Counted from the stretch's first letter, positions 50,593 through 60,261 are shown. The stretch is 64,000 nucleotides of DNA from Steroidobacteraceae bacterium (GCA_035504015.1 DATJSR010000017.1:10766-74765), one strand, 5' to 3'. Numbers and translations: made by a program. The notes: generated by a model from the sequence alone, not told the origin.

Positions 50593-51474
50593 ATGGATCA
50601 GCGTATCGCCGACCTGCTGAGACTGCTCGAGCTCGAGCCGCTCGAGGTCAATCTGTTCCGGGGCGAGAGCCGCGACATCGGCAGCCCGCAGGTCTTCGGC
50701 GGGCAGGTGCTGGGGCAGGCGCTGATGGCCGCCTCGCGCACCGTCGAGGGCCGGATCGTGCATTCCCTGCAGGCCTACTTCCTGCGCCGCGGAGACTGCA
50801 ACGCCCCGATCGTGTACGACGTTGACCGCAGCCGCGACGGCCACAGCTTCTCGAATCGGCGCGTGGTCGCCATCCAGCACGGCGAGCAGATCTTCAATAT
50901 GGCCGCGTCCTTCCAGGAGCTGCAGAAGGGGCTCGAGCACCAGATTGCGATGCCTCGAGTGCCCGCGCCCGAGATGCTGCCGGACACCTCGCTGATGCCG
51001 CCCGAGCTGCTGGCGCGCCTGCCCGAGAGAACGCGGCGCCTGCTGGCGACGCCACGGCCCTTCGAGTTTCGCAGCGTGCAGCCGCTCGAGGATCTGCAGC
51101 GCGCCGGGGCTGCGCCCACCCGGCAGATCTGGTTCCGGGCGGTGAGCGACGTGCCCGATGATGAGACGCTGAACCGCTGCCTGCTCGCCTATGTATCGGA
51201 TTTCCACCTGCTCGAGACGGCGACGCTGCCTCATGGCATCTCCGTTGCCAGCGGCCGCGCCATCGTCGCCAGCATCGACCACGCCATGTGGTTTCACCGA
51301 CCCCTGCGGCTCGATGACTGGCTGCTCTATGCCGTGGAGAGTCCGAGCGCCTCCGGTGCGCGCGGCTTCGCCCGAGCGAGCGTGTTCGCACGCGATGGCC
51401 GGCTGGTGGCGAGCACCGCACAGGAAGGACTCGTGCGCCTGATCGAGGAGCCGGCGCCCGGCGGACCCCGCTGA
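50593..51474 (+). CDS. tesB: Acyl-CoA thioesterase II
   Basis: Track ORF 50593..51474. LLELEPLEVNLFRGESRDIGSPQVFGGQVLGQALMAA..., HSLQAYFLRRGD, VDRSRDGHSFSNRRVVAIQHG, SIDHAMWFHRP. Confidence 0.9.
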   Translation: MDQRIADLLRLLELEPLEVNLFRGESRDIGSPQVFGGQVLGQALMAASRTVEGRIVHSLQAYFLRRGDCNAPIVYDVDRSRDGHSFSNRRVVAIQHGEQIFNMAASFQELQKGLEHQIAMPRVPAPEMLPDTSLMPPELLARLPERTRRLLATPRPFEFRSVQPLEDLQRAGAAPTRQIWFRAVSDVPDDETLNRCLLAYVSDFHLLETATLPHGISVASGRAIVASIDHAMWFHRPLRLDDWLLYAVESPSASGARGFARASVFARDGRLVASTAQEGLVRLIEEPAPGGPR

Positions 51475-51584
51475 GCGCGCAGCCGCCACCGCCGAGCGCG
51501 CAGCGGCGCGACGCGCCCACGCTCACCGCGGCCCGCGCGCCCCGGCGGGCTCGGCGCATCTCGGCTACCGGTAGCGCCCGCGCT

Positions 51585-52622
51585 GTGCTGCTGAGCGCGG
51601 TGCTCGTCTGCGGGGCGCTTGCCGGCGGGGCGCTCGCGGGCGCACAGCCTGCCCCGGACGATCGCGATGGCTCGGCCGCTGCGCTCACCGGCGCCTGGGC
51701 GGGCGTCTACGACGATCTCGAGCAAGTCGTGTTCGATGCCGATGCGAGCTCGAGCCTGATGATGCCGACCGACCGGCACGTGCGCACCGTCGTCGCGCCG
51801 GTCTCGCTGCCATGGCTCGGTGAGCACGTGCTGTATCTCGAGGAGTTCGTGCAGGATGACCCGCAGGCGCTGCGCCGCCAGCTGCTGCTGCGCCCGGAGG
51901 ATGTCCCGGGCAGCGCCGTGCTGGTGCGTGTGCGGCAGTACTCCTTTCGCGAGCCCTCGCGCTGGCAGCATTTGCAGGCGCGCGTCGAGCTGCTCGGTGA
52001 GCTGCGCGCCGCGGACCTGCAGTCGCTGCCCGCCTGCGACCTGCTGCTCACGCGCCAGGTGGAGCAGTTCCGCGGCGGCACCACCGGTCGGGGCTGCACG
52101 CAGGCGCGGGGCGCCACGCAGCTGTACGTCGACTATCGCGTGCTGCTCGGGGCCGGCCTGTACTGGTACCGCAAGCGTCTGCTGCGCGTGAGCGACGACG
52201 AGCTGGTCAGCGAGACGGTCGCCTACGACTGGTTCGAGCTGCACCAGGCTCGCCTTTATGCCTGTCGCGTGCGCTGGGCGAGCGGCGCGAGCGCGCAGCC
52301 GGCGCCGCTCACCGTGCTCGAGCTGCAGGATCAGGGCGGGCGGGCGCGCTTCTTCGCGCCCGACGGGCGCAGCTACGAGCTCGAGCTGCACAGCCGCGAC
52401 TGGCCCTTCGATGCCGACCGCGCTGCGCTGCTGCTGGTATTGCGCCAGCTCGGTCCCCAGGGCGCGCTCGTCTCGAGCTGGGCCGGGCTCGATGCGGCGG
52501 AGATCGATCTGCAGCTCGCGCCGCTGTCGATCCGTTGCGGACCGCTTGCACCGAGCCGCGAGTTCTTGCCTATGAGCTATGACCCGCGAGCGCTTGGATC
52601 TCCCGCAGCAGCAGCGGATTGA
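51585..52622 (+). CDS. Exported CpcT/CpeT-like (DUF1001, lipocalin-type barrel) protein with a ~130-aa C-terminal extension
   Basis: Track ORF 51585..52622 with a GTG start. It has a signal-like N-terminus. YDDLEQVVFD, LYLEEF, LRRQLLL, LPACDLL and VEQFRGGTTGRGCTQARGATQLYVDYRVL follow the CpcT pattern as I remember it. Confidence 0.55.
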   Translation: MLLSAVLVCGALAGGALAGAQPAPDDRDGSAAALTGAWAGVYDDLEQVVFDADASSSLMMPTDRHVRTVVAPVSLPWLGEHVLYLEEFVQDDPQALRRQLLLRPEDVPGSAVLVRVRQYSFREPSRWQHLQARVELLGELRAADLQSLPACDLLLTRQVEQFRGGTTGRGCTQARGATQLYVDYRVLLGAGLYWYRKRLLRVSDDELVSETVAYDWFELHQARLYACRVRWASGASAQPAPLTVLELQDQGGRARFFAPDGRSYELELHSRDWPFDADRAALLLVLRQLGPQGALVSSWAGLDAAEIDLQLAPLSIRCGPLAPSREFLPMSYDPRALGSPAAAAD

Positions 52623-53649
52623 GGTGCTGCGGATCCTCGAGCATCAGAAAATAATCGTCTCCGTGCAGCACATCGGCCTTGAAGTCCGGAACGACCTTGC
52701 GGATGCGCTTCACGTCGAGCGGCTCGCCGAAATCGGAATCGATCGCGATGATCGGCACGTGCACGGCCGCAAGCACGCTCGTGTAGTCCATCGCGTTGAG
52801 GCTCACCAGGCTCGAGACAGCGACCGCCGCGGTCGCATGCGACATGTCGTCGGATACTTTGCGTACCAGTGTCGGGTCCGCCCGGTGTCGGAAGAGCTTG
52901 GGCACGAAATCGCGCATCGCACCGATGAAATTCTGCCGGAAAGGCTCGATCTCGCGGGCGACGACCTCCGGCCGGGGCGGCGGCAGGCCCACGCGCCTGA
53001 AGGTATCGATGCCGATGATGCCGATCACGCGGGAGCCGATGCGCGGGGCGGCCTCGAGCGCGACCGGCCCGCCCATGGAGTGTCCGACCAGCACGATCTG
53101 ATGATTGGGCAGCTCTCTGGCGACGGCGGCGACGTCGCCGCCGTAATGGGCCATCGACCAGTCGCTGCGATTGCGGCCCGAGGCGCCGTGCCCACCGAGA
53201 TCGAGCGTGACGACGGTGTAGTGGCTCTTCAGCGCATCGAGCTGCGCGTACCAGTAAGCCGAGCTGCCCGCCCAGCCATGAATGAGGATGACGGCCGGCT
53301 CGCCGTGGCCATAGATGTGGTACTCGATGTGCACCAGATCATCCGACAGCACGATGAGCGGTGCGCCCTCGGGCACGGGTTCGCCCTTCGGGCCGATCAC
53401 GTAGCCGGGCCCCGGGGCTGCGGCCGGTGGCGCCTGCGCGGCGGCCGGTGGTGCCTGCGCGACCGCACCGCTGGCGCCCGTAACTGCGGCCGGTGGCGCC
53501 TGCACGGCAGCGCTGCTCGCGGCTGATGCAGCGGGCGGATTGGCGGCCGGTGCCGCCGGAGCGCTCGCCGAAGGCGCCCCGCTGTGGGAGCAGCCGGCGC
53601 TGGCGATGAGCATGGCAAGCGCCATGGCGGTGGGCAGGCGCAGATTCAT
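52570..53649 (-). CDS. Alpha/beta-hydrolase lipoprotein
   Basis: Track ORF 52570..53649. It has a signal with lipobox MLIASAGC, an Ala/Pro-rich tether, then VILIHGWAGSS and the nucleophile elbow GHSMGG. It has an ATGA overlap with the upstream FAD oxidase gene. Confidence 0.8.
   Translation of the reverse strand: MNLRLPTAMALAMLIASAGCSHSGAPSASAPAAPAANPPAASAASSAAVQAPPAAVTGASGAVAQAPPAAAQAPPAAAPGPGYVIGPKGEPVPEGAPLIVLSDDLVHIEYHIYGHGEPAVILIHGWAGSSAYWYAQLDALKSHYTVVTLDLGGHGASGRNRSDWSMAHYGGDVAAVARELPNHQIVLVGHSMGGPVALEAAPRIGSRVIGIIGIDTFRRVGLPPPRPEVVAREIEPFRQNFIGAMRDFVPKLFRHRADPTLVRKVSDDMSHATAAVAVSSLVSLNAMDYTSVLAAVHVPIIAIDSDFGEPLDVKRIRKVVPDFKADVLHGDDYFLMLEDPQHLNPLLLREIQALAGHSS
53420..53506 (-). repeat. 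Three copies of a 21-nt unit GCGGCCGGTGG(C/T)GCCTGC(G/A)CG encoding AQAPPAA-type repeats in the lipoprotein tether
   Basis: Copies are at 53420-53440, 53441-53461 and 53486-53506, read directly from the sequence. Confidence 0.8.
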
Positions 53650-55070
53650 TCGGACTCCTGTCGCAATACCTTGCCTGGATTGAGGATGCCATGCGGATCG
53701 AAGGCGTGCTTGATGGCGCGCATCAGATCGAGCTCGACCGGGGAGGCATAGCGCTCGAGCTCGCCCACCTTCAGCTGCCCGATGCCGTGCTCGGCACTGA
53801 AGCTGCCACCGAGCTCGTGGACCAGATCATGCACGAAGCGCATCACCTCGCCGGCACGAGCGAGGAACGCGTGCGTATCGACCCCTGGGGCCTGATTGAG
53901 ATTGAAGTGCAGATTACCATCACCCAGGTGCCCATAGGCGATCAGCCGCCCTTCGGGCACGTGTGCGGCGAGCCAGGCAGAAGCCCGCTCGACGAAGCTC
54001 GCAAGCGCGGTGATCGGCACCGAGATGTCGTGCTTGAGGCTCGCGCCGTCGCGGCGCTGCGCCTCGGGGATGTGCTCGCGCAGATACCAGAAGGCATCTG
54101 CCTGGCGCTCATTCTGTGCGAGCACCGCATCGCTCACCAGGCCGCGCTCCTGAGCAGCCGCGAGCGTGTGCACGAGAATCTCCGCCAGCGGCTCGGCGGC
54201 GCGCGCGGAGCTCAACTCCGCCAGCACGTACCACGGGTAGGGTCCCGGCAAGGGGTCGCTGACGGCGGGCAGGTGGCGCGCGGCGAGCTCGACGGCGCTG
54301 CGTGGGATGAGCTCGAAGGAGCTCACGCGAGCATCGCTCGCCGTGCGCAGCTCAGCGAGCAGCTCGACGGCCGCGCTCACCGAGCGCACCGCCACGAAGG
54401 CGCACGCGCGAGTGTGCACGGCGGGGAAGAGTTTGAGCGTGGCGGCGGTGATGATACCGAGCGTTCCCTCGGCGCCGAGGAACAGCGAGCTCACGGCGTA
54501 GCCGGTGTTGTCCTTGCGCAGCGCCTGGAGGCTTGCGAGCACGCGGCCGTCGGCGAGCACCACCTCCAGTCCGAGCACCAGATCGCGCATCATGCCGTAG
54601 CGCAGGACCTGCGTGCCGCCCGCATTGGTGGAGAGGTTGCCACCGATCTGGCAGCTGCCCTGCGAGCCCAATGTGAGCGGAAAGAAGCGGTCCGCGGCGG
54701 CGGCCGCGGCATGCACGTCCTCCAGCAAGCAGCCCGCCTCGACCGTGAGACAGTTCCCGAGCGCATCGACGCTGCGGATGCGATTGAGACGCTTGAGCGC
54801 GAGCACCAGCTGCTCACCGGAGAAGTCCGGCGTGGCCCCTCCGCAGTAGCCGGTGTTGCCGCCTTGCGGTACCACGGCGATGCGCTCGGCGTGGCACAGC
54901 GCCAGCAGCGAGGAGATCTGCGCCACCGAGCGCGGCAGCACCACGGCAGGCGTGCGGCCGTGATAGAGCGCGCGCTGGTCGGTCAGGTACGCAGCGATCT
55001 CGGCGGGTGCGGTGATGATGGCATCCGCACCGAGGAGCTCGCGCAGCCGATCGGGAAGGCTACGTTTCAT
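53646..55070 (-). CDS. FAD-linked oxidase (GlcD / D-2-hydroxyacid dehydrogenase-like)
   Basis: The start is ATG 55070 in track ORF 53646..55151. VVLPRSVAQISSLLALCHAERIAVVPQGGNTGYCGGATP, KDNTGY, FLGAEGTLGIIT and GSFSAEHGIGQLK are present. Confidence 0.85.
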   Translation of the reverse strand: MKRSLPDRLRELLGADAIITAPAEIAAYLTDQRALYHGRTPAVVLPRSVAQISSLLALCHAERIAVVPQGGNTGYCGGATPDFSGEQLVLALKRLNRIRSVDALGNCLTVEAGCLLEDVHAAAAAADRFFPLTLGSQGSCQIGGNLSTNAGGTQVLRYGMMRDLVLGLEVVLADGRVLASLQALRKDNTGYAVSSLFLGAEGTLGIITAATLKLFPAVHTRACAFVAVRSVSAAVELLAELRTASDARVSSFELIPRSAVELAARHLPAVSDPLPGPYPWYVLAELSSARAAEPLAEILVHTLAAAQERGLVSDAVLAQNERQADAFWYLREHIPEAQRRDGASLKHDISVPITALASFVERASAWLAAHVPEGRLIAYGHLGDGNLHFNLNQAPGVDTHAFLARAGEVMRFVHDLVHELGGSFSAEHGIGQLKVGELERYASPVELDLMRAIKHAFDPHGILNPGKVLRQESE

Positions 55071-55191
55071 GAGGTGAGTCCGCTTCTGCTCAGACCGCCA
55101 GGCGGTCGCGCGAGTGGGGCGCGCGAATACGTTACGGCTGCGCGGCCCCAAGGGCTAGATGCAGCTGCGGTAGGCTCTGGCCGCAGCCGGC

Positions 55192-55929
55192 TCAGGCCGC
55201 AGCCGGTTCGAGCAGCTTGCCGTAGTAGCTGTTCATGATGGCATAGCACTCGCAGCAGGCGGCTGTCTCGAGCTTGCGGCGGTTGGCGATCGTGATCGTC
55301 CCGCGGCGGTACTGGATGAGGCCCTCGCGCCGCAATTCGGTGGCGACTTCGCTCACCGACTGACGACGCACACCGAGCATATCCGCGAGCAGCGCCTGGG
55401 GCAGCTCGAACTCCGGAGTCCCCGCCCGGTCCTGCACCATCAGCAGCCAGCGGCAGGCACGCTGGCGAATGCTGTGCAGGGTGTTGCAGGCGGCCGTCTG
55501 ATGCGCAAAGCGCATCGTGTAGGCCGAGTAGCGCAGCATCAGACGCTGCAGGTTGGGCGAGCGGCGGATGCTCTCCAGAAACGCCGGATTGGCGACCCGG
55601 TACGCGCGGCCTTCGATTTGCTGCTGCACCGTATAGGGGCTGAACGTGAGCCCGAAGTAGATGGGCAGCCCGATCAGTCCCTCGTTCCCGACCGCCGTGG
55701 CCTCGCACACCGCGCCGTCGCGCGTGCTGATGGTGAGCGCCATCGAGCCGCTCAACGGGAAGTAGGCGTGGTACATCGGCTTGTCCTGCCGGTGAATGAT
55801 GTGCGCCGCGGCGTAGGTCACGAGCTGCAGCGAGGATTGCAGTCCCGGACTGTCGCGCAGGAACAGATCAAGCATCCGGTTGCCGGAAAAGGTAGGCCCC
55901 CGGACTGACTTGCTACGCCCCTCGGTCAT
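55192..55929 (-). CDS. Crp/Fnr-family transcriptional regulator
   Basis: The start is ATG 55929 in track ORF 55192..55974. It has a beta-roll effector domain followed by the HTH LPQALLADMLGVRRQSVSEVATELRREGLIQY. Confidence 0.8.
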   Translation of the reverse strand: MTEGRSKSVRGPTFSGNRMLDLFLRDSPGLQSSLQLVTYAAAHIIHRQDKPMYHAYFPLSGSMALTISTRDGAVCEATAVGNEGLIGLPIYFGLTFSPYTVQQQIEGRAYRVANPAFLESIRRSPNLQRLMLRYSAYTMRFAHQTAACNTLHSIRQRACRWLLMVQDRAGTPEFELPQALLADMLGVRRQSVSEVATELRREGLIQYRRGTITIANRRKLETAACCECYAIMNSYYGKLLEPAAA

Positions 55930-56077
55930 TGGGTACTTGCGGGATGAAACGACCCCGCGCTGCAAGCTACGCAATCGACGTGCCAGGTTGTGTCGCCTAC
56001 CGGACAGACGACAAGCCTCTGTCCACGCTGGAAGATCGCGCTGCCCTTGAGAGGCAACGCATCCCAGCCTCAGGGGC

Positions 56078-57196
56078 TCAGCGCAGGGCCCCGCCCAGCA
56101 ACCTCCCGACGCCGAAGCTCACGATCCCCGCGCCGCCCCCGATCAGCACCATGCGCAGCCCTCCGAGCCAGGCAGCTCGTCCGGTGAACAGGCTCAACGC
56201 CATGCCCACGGCGAACAGCGCGCACAACGTCGTCAGCGCCGCGGCGAGGACCGCGCGAGTGCCGATCTGACCGACGAGAAAGGGCGTGAGGGGCACCGAG
56301 GCGCCGAGGGCGAAAGCCAGGAAGGAAAAGCCGGCCGCGCGCAGCGGCGATCCCAGGTCGTCGGGGTTGAGGCCGAGCTCCTCGCGAGTCAGTACATCGA
56401 GTGCTTGCTCGGGTCGCGCGAGCAGTGCCCGGCTCATCTCCCGGGCCTGCTCGAGGGCGATGCCGCGCGCCTCGTAGATCAGCGCCAGCTCCTCGGCCTC
56501 CTCCTCGGGGTACTCGGCCACTTCTTCGCGCTCGAGAGCAATCTGATACTCGTACATCTCGCGCTGCGAGCGCACCGAGACGTACTCGCCCGCCGCCATC
56601 GAGAGCGCCCCCGCAAGCAGCCCCGCCGCACCGGCGGTGAGCACGTACATGCCCGGAGCGCCCGCGCCGGCCACCCCCATCACCAGGCTTGCGTTTGAGA
56701 TCAGCCCGTCGTTCACGCCGAAGACCGCGGCGCGCAGGTTGCCGCCGACGCTGCTGCGGTGGCGTGCCCCGACCTCGCTCGCGGAGGTCGGCATGGCGTG
56801 ACCGACGGCCGGCAGGGCGGCGCCCTGAGCAACGGCGGACTGAGGAACGGCGGCCTGCGACATGGCGGCCTGCGGCATGGCGGCCTGCGGCATGGAGTAG
56901 ACCGACAATCCGCGCAGCTTCATGGCGGCGAGGGCACCGCGCAGGGAGCGGGGTCCGAAGCGCTGTACGAGCTGCGCCACGATGCGTGCTCGCAGGGAGG
57001 GTTTGAAAGTGCGCTCGGCTCGTGTGGGGCCGGCGGGCCGGCTCTGCCAGTGGGTGGCTTGCTCCTCGGCTGCAGCGGCGAGCTTCAGGAACAGCTCGCG
57101 CTTGCGCGGGTCCGGCTCGGCGCGAGCCACCTCGCGGTAGAGCCATGCCGATTCTTTTTCGTGATACCAGCTGTCGAGATCAGCGCCGGAACTCAA
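56078..57196 (-). CDS. VIT1/CCC1-family iron (or Mn) transporter with N-terminal soluble helical (ferritin/rubrerythrin-like) domain
   Basis: Track ORF 56078..57196. The start is TTG 57196, 3 nt after the stop of the acidic [39 protein letters not shown] and C-terminal TM helices are the VIT1 domain. Confidence 0.8.
   Translation of the reverse strand: MSSGADLDSWYHEKESAWLYREVARAEPDPRKRELFLKLAAAAEEQATHWQSRPAGPTRAERTFKPSLRARIVAQLVQRFGPRSLRGALAAMKLRGLSVYSMPQAAMPQAAMSQAAVPQSAVAQGAALPAVGHAMPTSASEVGARHRSSVGGNLRAAVFGVNDGLISNASLVMGVAGAGAPGMYVLTAGAAGLLAGALSMAAGEYVSVRSQREMYEYQIALEREEVAEYPEEEAEELALIYEARGIALEQAREMSRALLARPEQALDVLTREELGLNPDDLGSPLRAAGFSFLAFALGASVPLTPFLVGQIGTRAVLAAALTTLCALFAVGMALSLFTGRAAWLGGLRMVLIGGGAGIVSFGVGRLLGGALR
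56831..56895 (-). repeat. Four to five tandem 15-nt units encoding the pentapeptide repeat [25 protein letters not shown] in the VIT linker
   Basis: AACGGCGGACTGAGG, AACGGCGGCCTGCGA and CATGGCGGCCTGCGG x2 are read directly at 56831-56890, with a partial fifth unit following. Confidence 0.85.
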
Positions 57197-57199
57197 GCA

Positions 57200-57547
57200 T
57201 CAGTACTCGTCGCGGCTGCTCTCGCTACCCTCGTCCTCCTCGTCCCAATCGTCGTCGTCGTCCTCATCATCCTCGTCCCAATCGTCGTCGTCCTCGTCCT
57301 CGTCTTCCTCGGCCTCCTCATCCTCCTCGTCTTCGTCATCGTCGGAGCCGGCCCAGCCCTCGGGCTCCTCCGTCGGCTCGAGATCCATCTCGTGCCAGGC
57401 CTCGAGGTCGATCTCCTCGACATCCCCGTCGAGGTACTCGATCTCCACCAGCTCCGAATCCTCGTCGACCGAGAGCACTCGGAAGGACTCTTCCTCCTCG
57501 AGGTTCTCGTACCACTGACCCGCAACCGGCTCGTAATCTCTGCTCAC
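57200..57547 (-). CDS. Extremely acidic small protein (115 aa, 63 Asp/Glu, 3 Arg, 0 Lys)
   Basis: Track ORF 57200..57547. The start is GTG with GAGGG 8 nt upstream. The frame has strong third-position GC. The N-terminal ~60 aa look folded ([48 protein letters not shown]), and the C-terminal tail is poly-D/E with two W residues. Confidence 0.6.
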   Translation of the reverse strand: MSRDYEPVAGQWYENLEEEESFRVLSVDEDSELVEIEYLDGDVEEIDLEAWHEMDLEPTEEPEGWAGSDDDEDEEDEEAEEDEDEDDDDWDEDDEDDDDDWDEEDEGSESSRDEY

Positions 57548-57708
57548 CGCTCACACCCTCGGGCGCGCCTCAGGTTCGCGCGGCCGCCAGTTTAAGGGCG
57601 CGCGCACAGGCTAGGCAACGCTGGAACGGGGCGCGAAATGTCATGAAAAACGCCCCCGCAACCGTCGGCGGTCGCGGGACGGCAGACCTTAGGGTATCGT
57701 TTTTGGCC

Positions 57709-58884
57709 ATGGTTACAGGCAAGCCCGGTGGCGACTCTCCGCTCACGAGCGCGCGCCGTGTCGTCGTCAAGGTCGGCTCGGCCCTGCTCGTCGATCAGCA
57801 CAGCGGCCGACTGAACCGCGCCTGGCTCGAGAGCCTGGTCGAGGACCTGGTGCGCCTGCGCAAGCGCGGACAGCAGTTGCTCCTCGTCTCCTCGGGGGCG
57901 ATCGCGCTCGGACGGCGTCACCTGGGACTGCCCCGCGGTGCCCTGCGGCTGGAGGAGAGCCAGGCGGCCGCCGCCGTGGGCCAGATTCGCCTGGCCCATG
58001 CGTACAAGGAGCTGCTCGAGGAGCGCGAGCTGACGGTCGCCCAGGTGTTGCTCACGCTCGAGGATAGCGAGCGCCGGCGTCGCTACCTCAATGCGCGTGC
58101 CACCCTGGAGACGCTGCTGGCGCTCGGGGCGGTGCCGGTCATCAACGAGAACGATACCGTCGCCACCGCGGAGATCCGCTACGGCGACAACGATCGGCTC
58201 GCGGCGCGGGTCGCACAGATGGTCTCCGCGGACTGCCTGGTGCTGCTGTCGGACGTGGACGGGCTGTACACGGCGGACCCCCATCGCGACCCGGGCGCCG
58301 AGCTCGTCTCGCGGGTGCTGCAGGTGACCCCGCAGATCGAGGCGATGGCCGGCCGCTCGGCCTCTGCCGTGGGCTCCGGTGGCATGGCCACCAAGATCAT
58401 GGCGGCCAAGATCGCCGTGGCCGCCGGCTGCCACCTGTGCATCGCCGACGGGCATCACCGTCATCCGGTGCGCCGCCTCGAGGAGGGCGCGCGGTGCACC
58501 TGGTTCGTGCCCAGCGCGACGCCGATCGCGGCACGCAAGCAGTGGATTGCGGGCACGCTGCGCCCGGCCGGTGCGATCGCCATCGATGTCGGAGCCCTCT
58601 CGGCCCTGCTCGCCGGCAAGAGCCTGCTGCCCGCGGGGGTCACGCGCTCGCTGGGGCGTTTCGAGCGCGGAGACACCGTGAGCGTGCTCGGACCGGACGG
58701 CACGGAGGTGGCGCGCGGTATCATCGCCTATTCGGATGCGGATGCGGCCCGGATCATGGGTCGCAAGTCCTCGGAGATTGCGGGCATTCTCGGCTTTCAA
58801 GGCAGGGACGAGATGATTCATCGGGACGATCTGGCGATTCTGCATGGCGATGCGCGGCTGGCACCGCTCGAGGTGGGCTCGTGA
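57709..58884 (+). CDS. proB: Glutamate 5-kinase (with PUA domain)
   Basis: The start is ATG 57709 in track ORF 57022..58884. [48 protein letters not shown] and GSGGMATKI are present. ATG 57643 is an alternative start. Confidence 0.9.
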   Translation: MVTGKPGGDSPLTSARRVVVKVGSALLVDQHSGRLNRAWLESLVEDLVRLRKRGQQLLLVSSGAIALGRRHLGLPRGALRLEESQAAAAVGQIRLAHAYKELLEERELTVAQVLLTLEDSERRRRYLNARATLETLLALGAVPVINENDTVATAEIRYGDNDRLAARVAQMVSADCLVLLSDVDGLYTADPHRDPGAELVSRVLQVTPQIEAMAGRSASAVGSGGMATKIMAAKIAVAAGCHLCIADGHHRHPVRRLEEGARCTWFVPSATPIAARKQWIAGTLRPAGAIAIDVGALSALLAGKSLLPAGVTRSLGRFERGDTVSVLGPDGTEVARGIIAYSDADAARIMGRKSSEIAGILGFQGRDEMIHRDDLAILHGDARLAPLEVGS

Positions 58885-58982
58885 GCCGTGGCTCCCCTGC
58901 GCATACCCGCCGCGCGGAGCCCGCCCGCGCGCGGCGCGGCAAGGCGGCGCAGCCGCAGCGCGGCGATGCGCTGGGCGAGCTG

Positions 58983-60224
58983 ATGCAGCGGCTCGGGATC
59001 CAGGCACGGGCGGCGGCCGTTGAGCTCGCCCGCGCCTCGAGCGAGCAGAAGAACCGGGCGCTGCATACGGCCGCCGCGGCGCTGCAACAGCAGTGCGGGG
59101 CGATTCTGGCCGCGAACGCCGAGGATGTGCGCGGTGCGCGCGACCGGGGCCTCACCCCCGCGCTGCTCGACCGGCTGCGGCTCGATGAGGCGCGCGTTGC
59201 GGCGATGAGTCGCGGCCTCGAAGAGATTGCGCAGCTGCCCGATCCCATCGGCACGGTGCAGGCGCAGTGGACCCGGCCGAACGGCCTGCTGATCCAGCGC
59301 GTGCGTGTACCCCTGGGCGTCATCGGCATCATCTACGAGAGCCGTCCGAACGTGACCGCCGATGCCGGTGCGTTATGCCTCAAGTCGGGCAACGCGGTCA
59401 TCCTGCGCGGTGGCTCCGAGAGCGCCCGCTCGAACGCGGCGATTCAGGGATGCCTGCTCGCCGGCCTGCGGGCCGGGGGCTTGCCCGAGGGTTGTATCCA
59501 GCTGGTGCCCACGCAGGATCGAGCGGCCGTCGGCTACCTGCTCTCCGCCATGACCGAGTATCTGGACGTGCTGGTGCCGCGCGGGGGGCGCGAGCTCGTG
59601 GCGCGCGTTCAGCAGGAAGCTCGCGTTCCGGTGATCGGGCATCTGGAGGGCAACTGTCACGTGTACATCGACCGGGATGCGCAGCTCGCCATGGCGCGCG
59701 CGATCGTGATCAACGCCAAGCTGCGCCGCACTGGCATCTGCGGGGCCGCGGAGACGCTGCTCGTCGATCGCGCCTGCGCCGCCACGCACCTGGCGCCGAT
59801 CGTGCGCGATCTCATCGAGGCGGGTTGCGAGGTGCGCGGGGACTCTGCCGTGCAGGCTGTCGATGCGCGCGTGCGCCCGGCCACCGAGGACGACTGGTAC
59901 ACGGAGTATCTCGATGCAATCATTGCGGTGCGCGTCGTGGACGGCGTCGACGCCGCCATCGCCCATATCGCGCAGTACGGCTCGGCTCACACCGAGACGA
60001 TCGTGACCGCGAACCCTGCAACCGCCGAGCATTTCCTGCAGCGTGTGGACAGCGCGATCGTCCTGCACAATGCCTCCACGCAGTTCGCCGACGGTGGTGA
60101 GTTCGGCATGGGGGCCGAGATCGGCATCTCCACCGATCGCTTCCACGCGCGCGGTCCGGTGGGTGTCGAGCAGCTCACCAGCTACAAATACGTCGTGCGC
60201 GGCTCGGGACAGATAAGGCCTTAG
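58983..60224 (+). CDS. proA: Gamma-glutamyl phosphate reductase
   Basis: This is the tail of track ORF 58437..60224. [27 protein letters not shown] aligns with the E. coli ProA N-terminus. [30 protein letters not shown] and [22 protein letters not shown] are present. An alternative start is GTG 58881 (GTGA overlap with the proB stop, GAGGTG SD, good third-position GC). Confidence 0.9.
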   Translation: MQRLGIQARAAAVELARASSEQKNRALHTAAAALQQQCGAILAANAEDVRGARDRGLTPALLDRLRLDEARVAAMSRGLEEIAQLPDPIGTVQAQWTRPNGLLIQRVRVPLGVIGIIYESRPNVTADAGALCLKSGNAVILRGGSESARSNAAIQGCLLAGLRAGGLPEGCIQLVPTQDRAAVGYLLSAMTEYLDVLVPRGGRELVARVQQEARVPVIGHLEGNCHVYIDRDAQLAMARAIVINAKLRRTGICGAAETLLVDRACAATHLAPIVRDLIEAGCEVRGDSAVQAVDARVRPATEDDWYTEYLDAIIAVRVVDGVDAAIAHIAQYGSAHTETIVTANPATAEHFLQRVDSAIVLHNASTQFADGGEFGMGAEIGISTDRFHARGPVGVEQLTSYKYVVRGSGQIRP

Positions 60225-60233
60225 CACCGGTCA

Positions 60234-60261
60234 GCCGGCAAAAACCACCACTTTTGCCGGC
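60234..60261. terminator. Perfect 10-bp hairpin GCCGGCAAAA / TTTTGCCGGC (8-nt loop) 10 nt after the proA stop
   Basis: Read directly from the sequence. It lies between convergent proA and the TPR gene. Confidence 0.5.

Noticed and set aside
55192-55929. The Crp/Fnr regulator as the receptor for the product of the cyclase at 15912-17084.
   Set aside because: The genes are 38 kb apart. By eye the phosphate-binding cassette lacks the Arg-Ser/Thr-Ala signature of cNMP-binding CRP proteins (the sequence reads FSPYTVQQQ). There is no evidence for a link.
56831-56895. Short tandem repeats (here and at 15230-15265, 53420-53506 and 57239-57290) as CRISPR-like or non-coding minisatellite arrays.
   Set aside because: All are in frame inside well-supported ORFs, have no spacers of unique sequence, and encode low-complexity linkers. 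They are coding slippage repeats.
58881-58982. GTG 58881 (GTGA overlap with the proB stop, GAGGTG SD) as the proA start.
   Set aside because: Not adopted as the primary call because ATG 58983 reproduces the N-terminus of E. coli ProA. However, the extension has coding-like third-position GC and a better SD, so this remains a live alternative.
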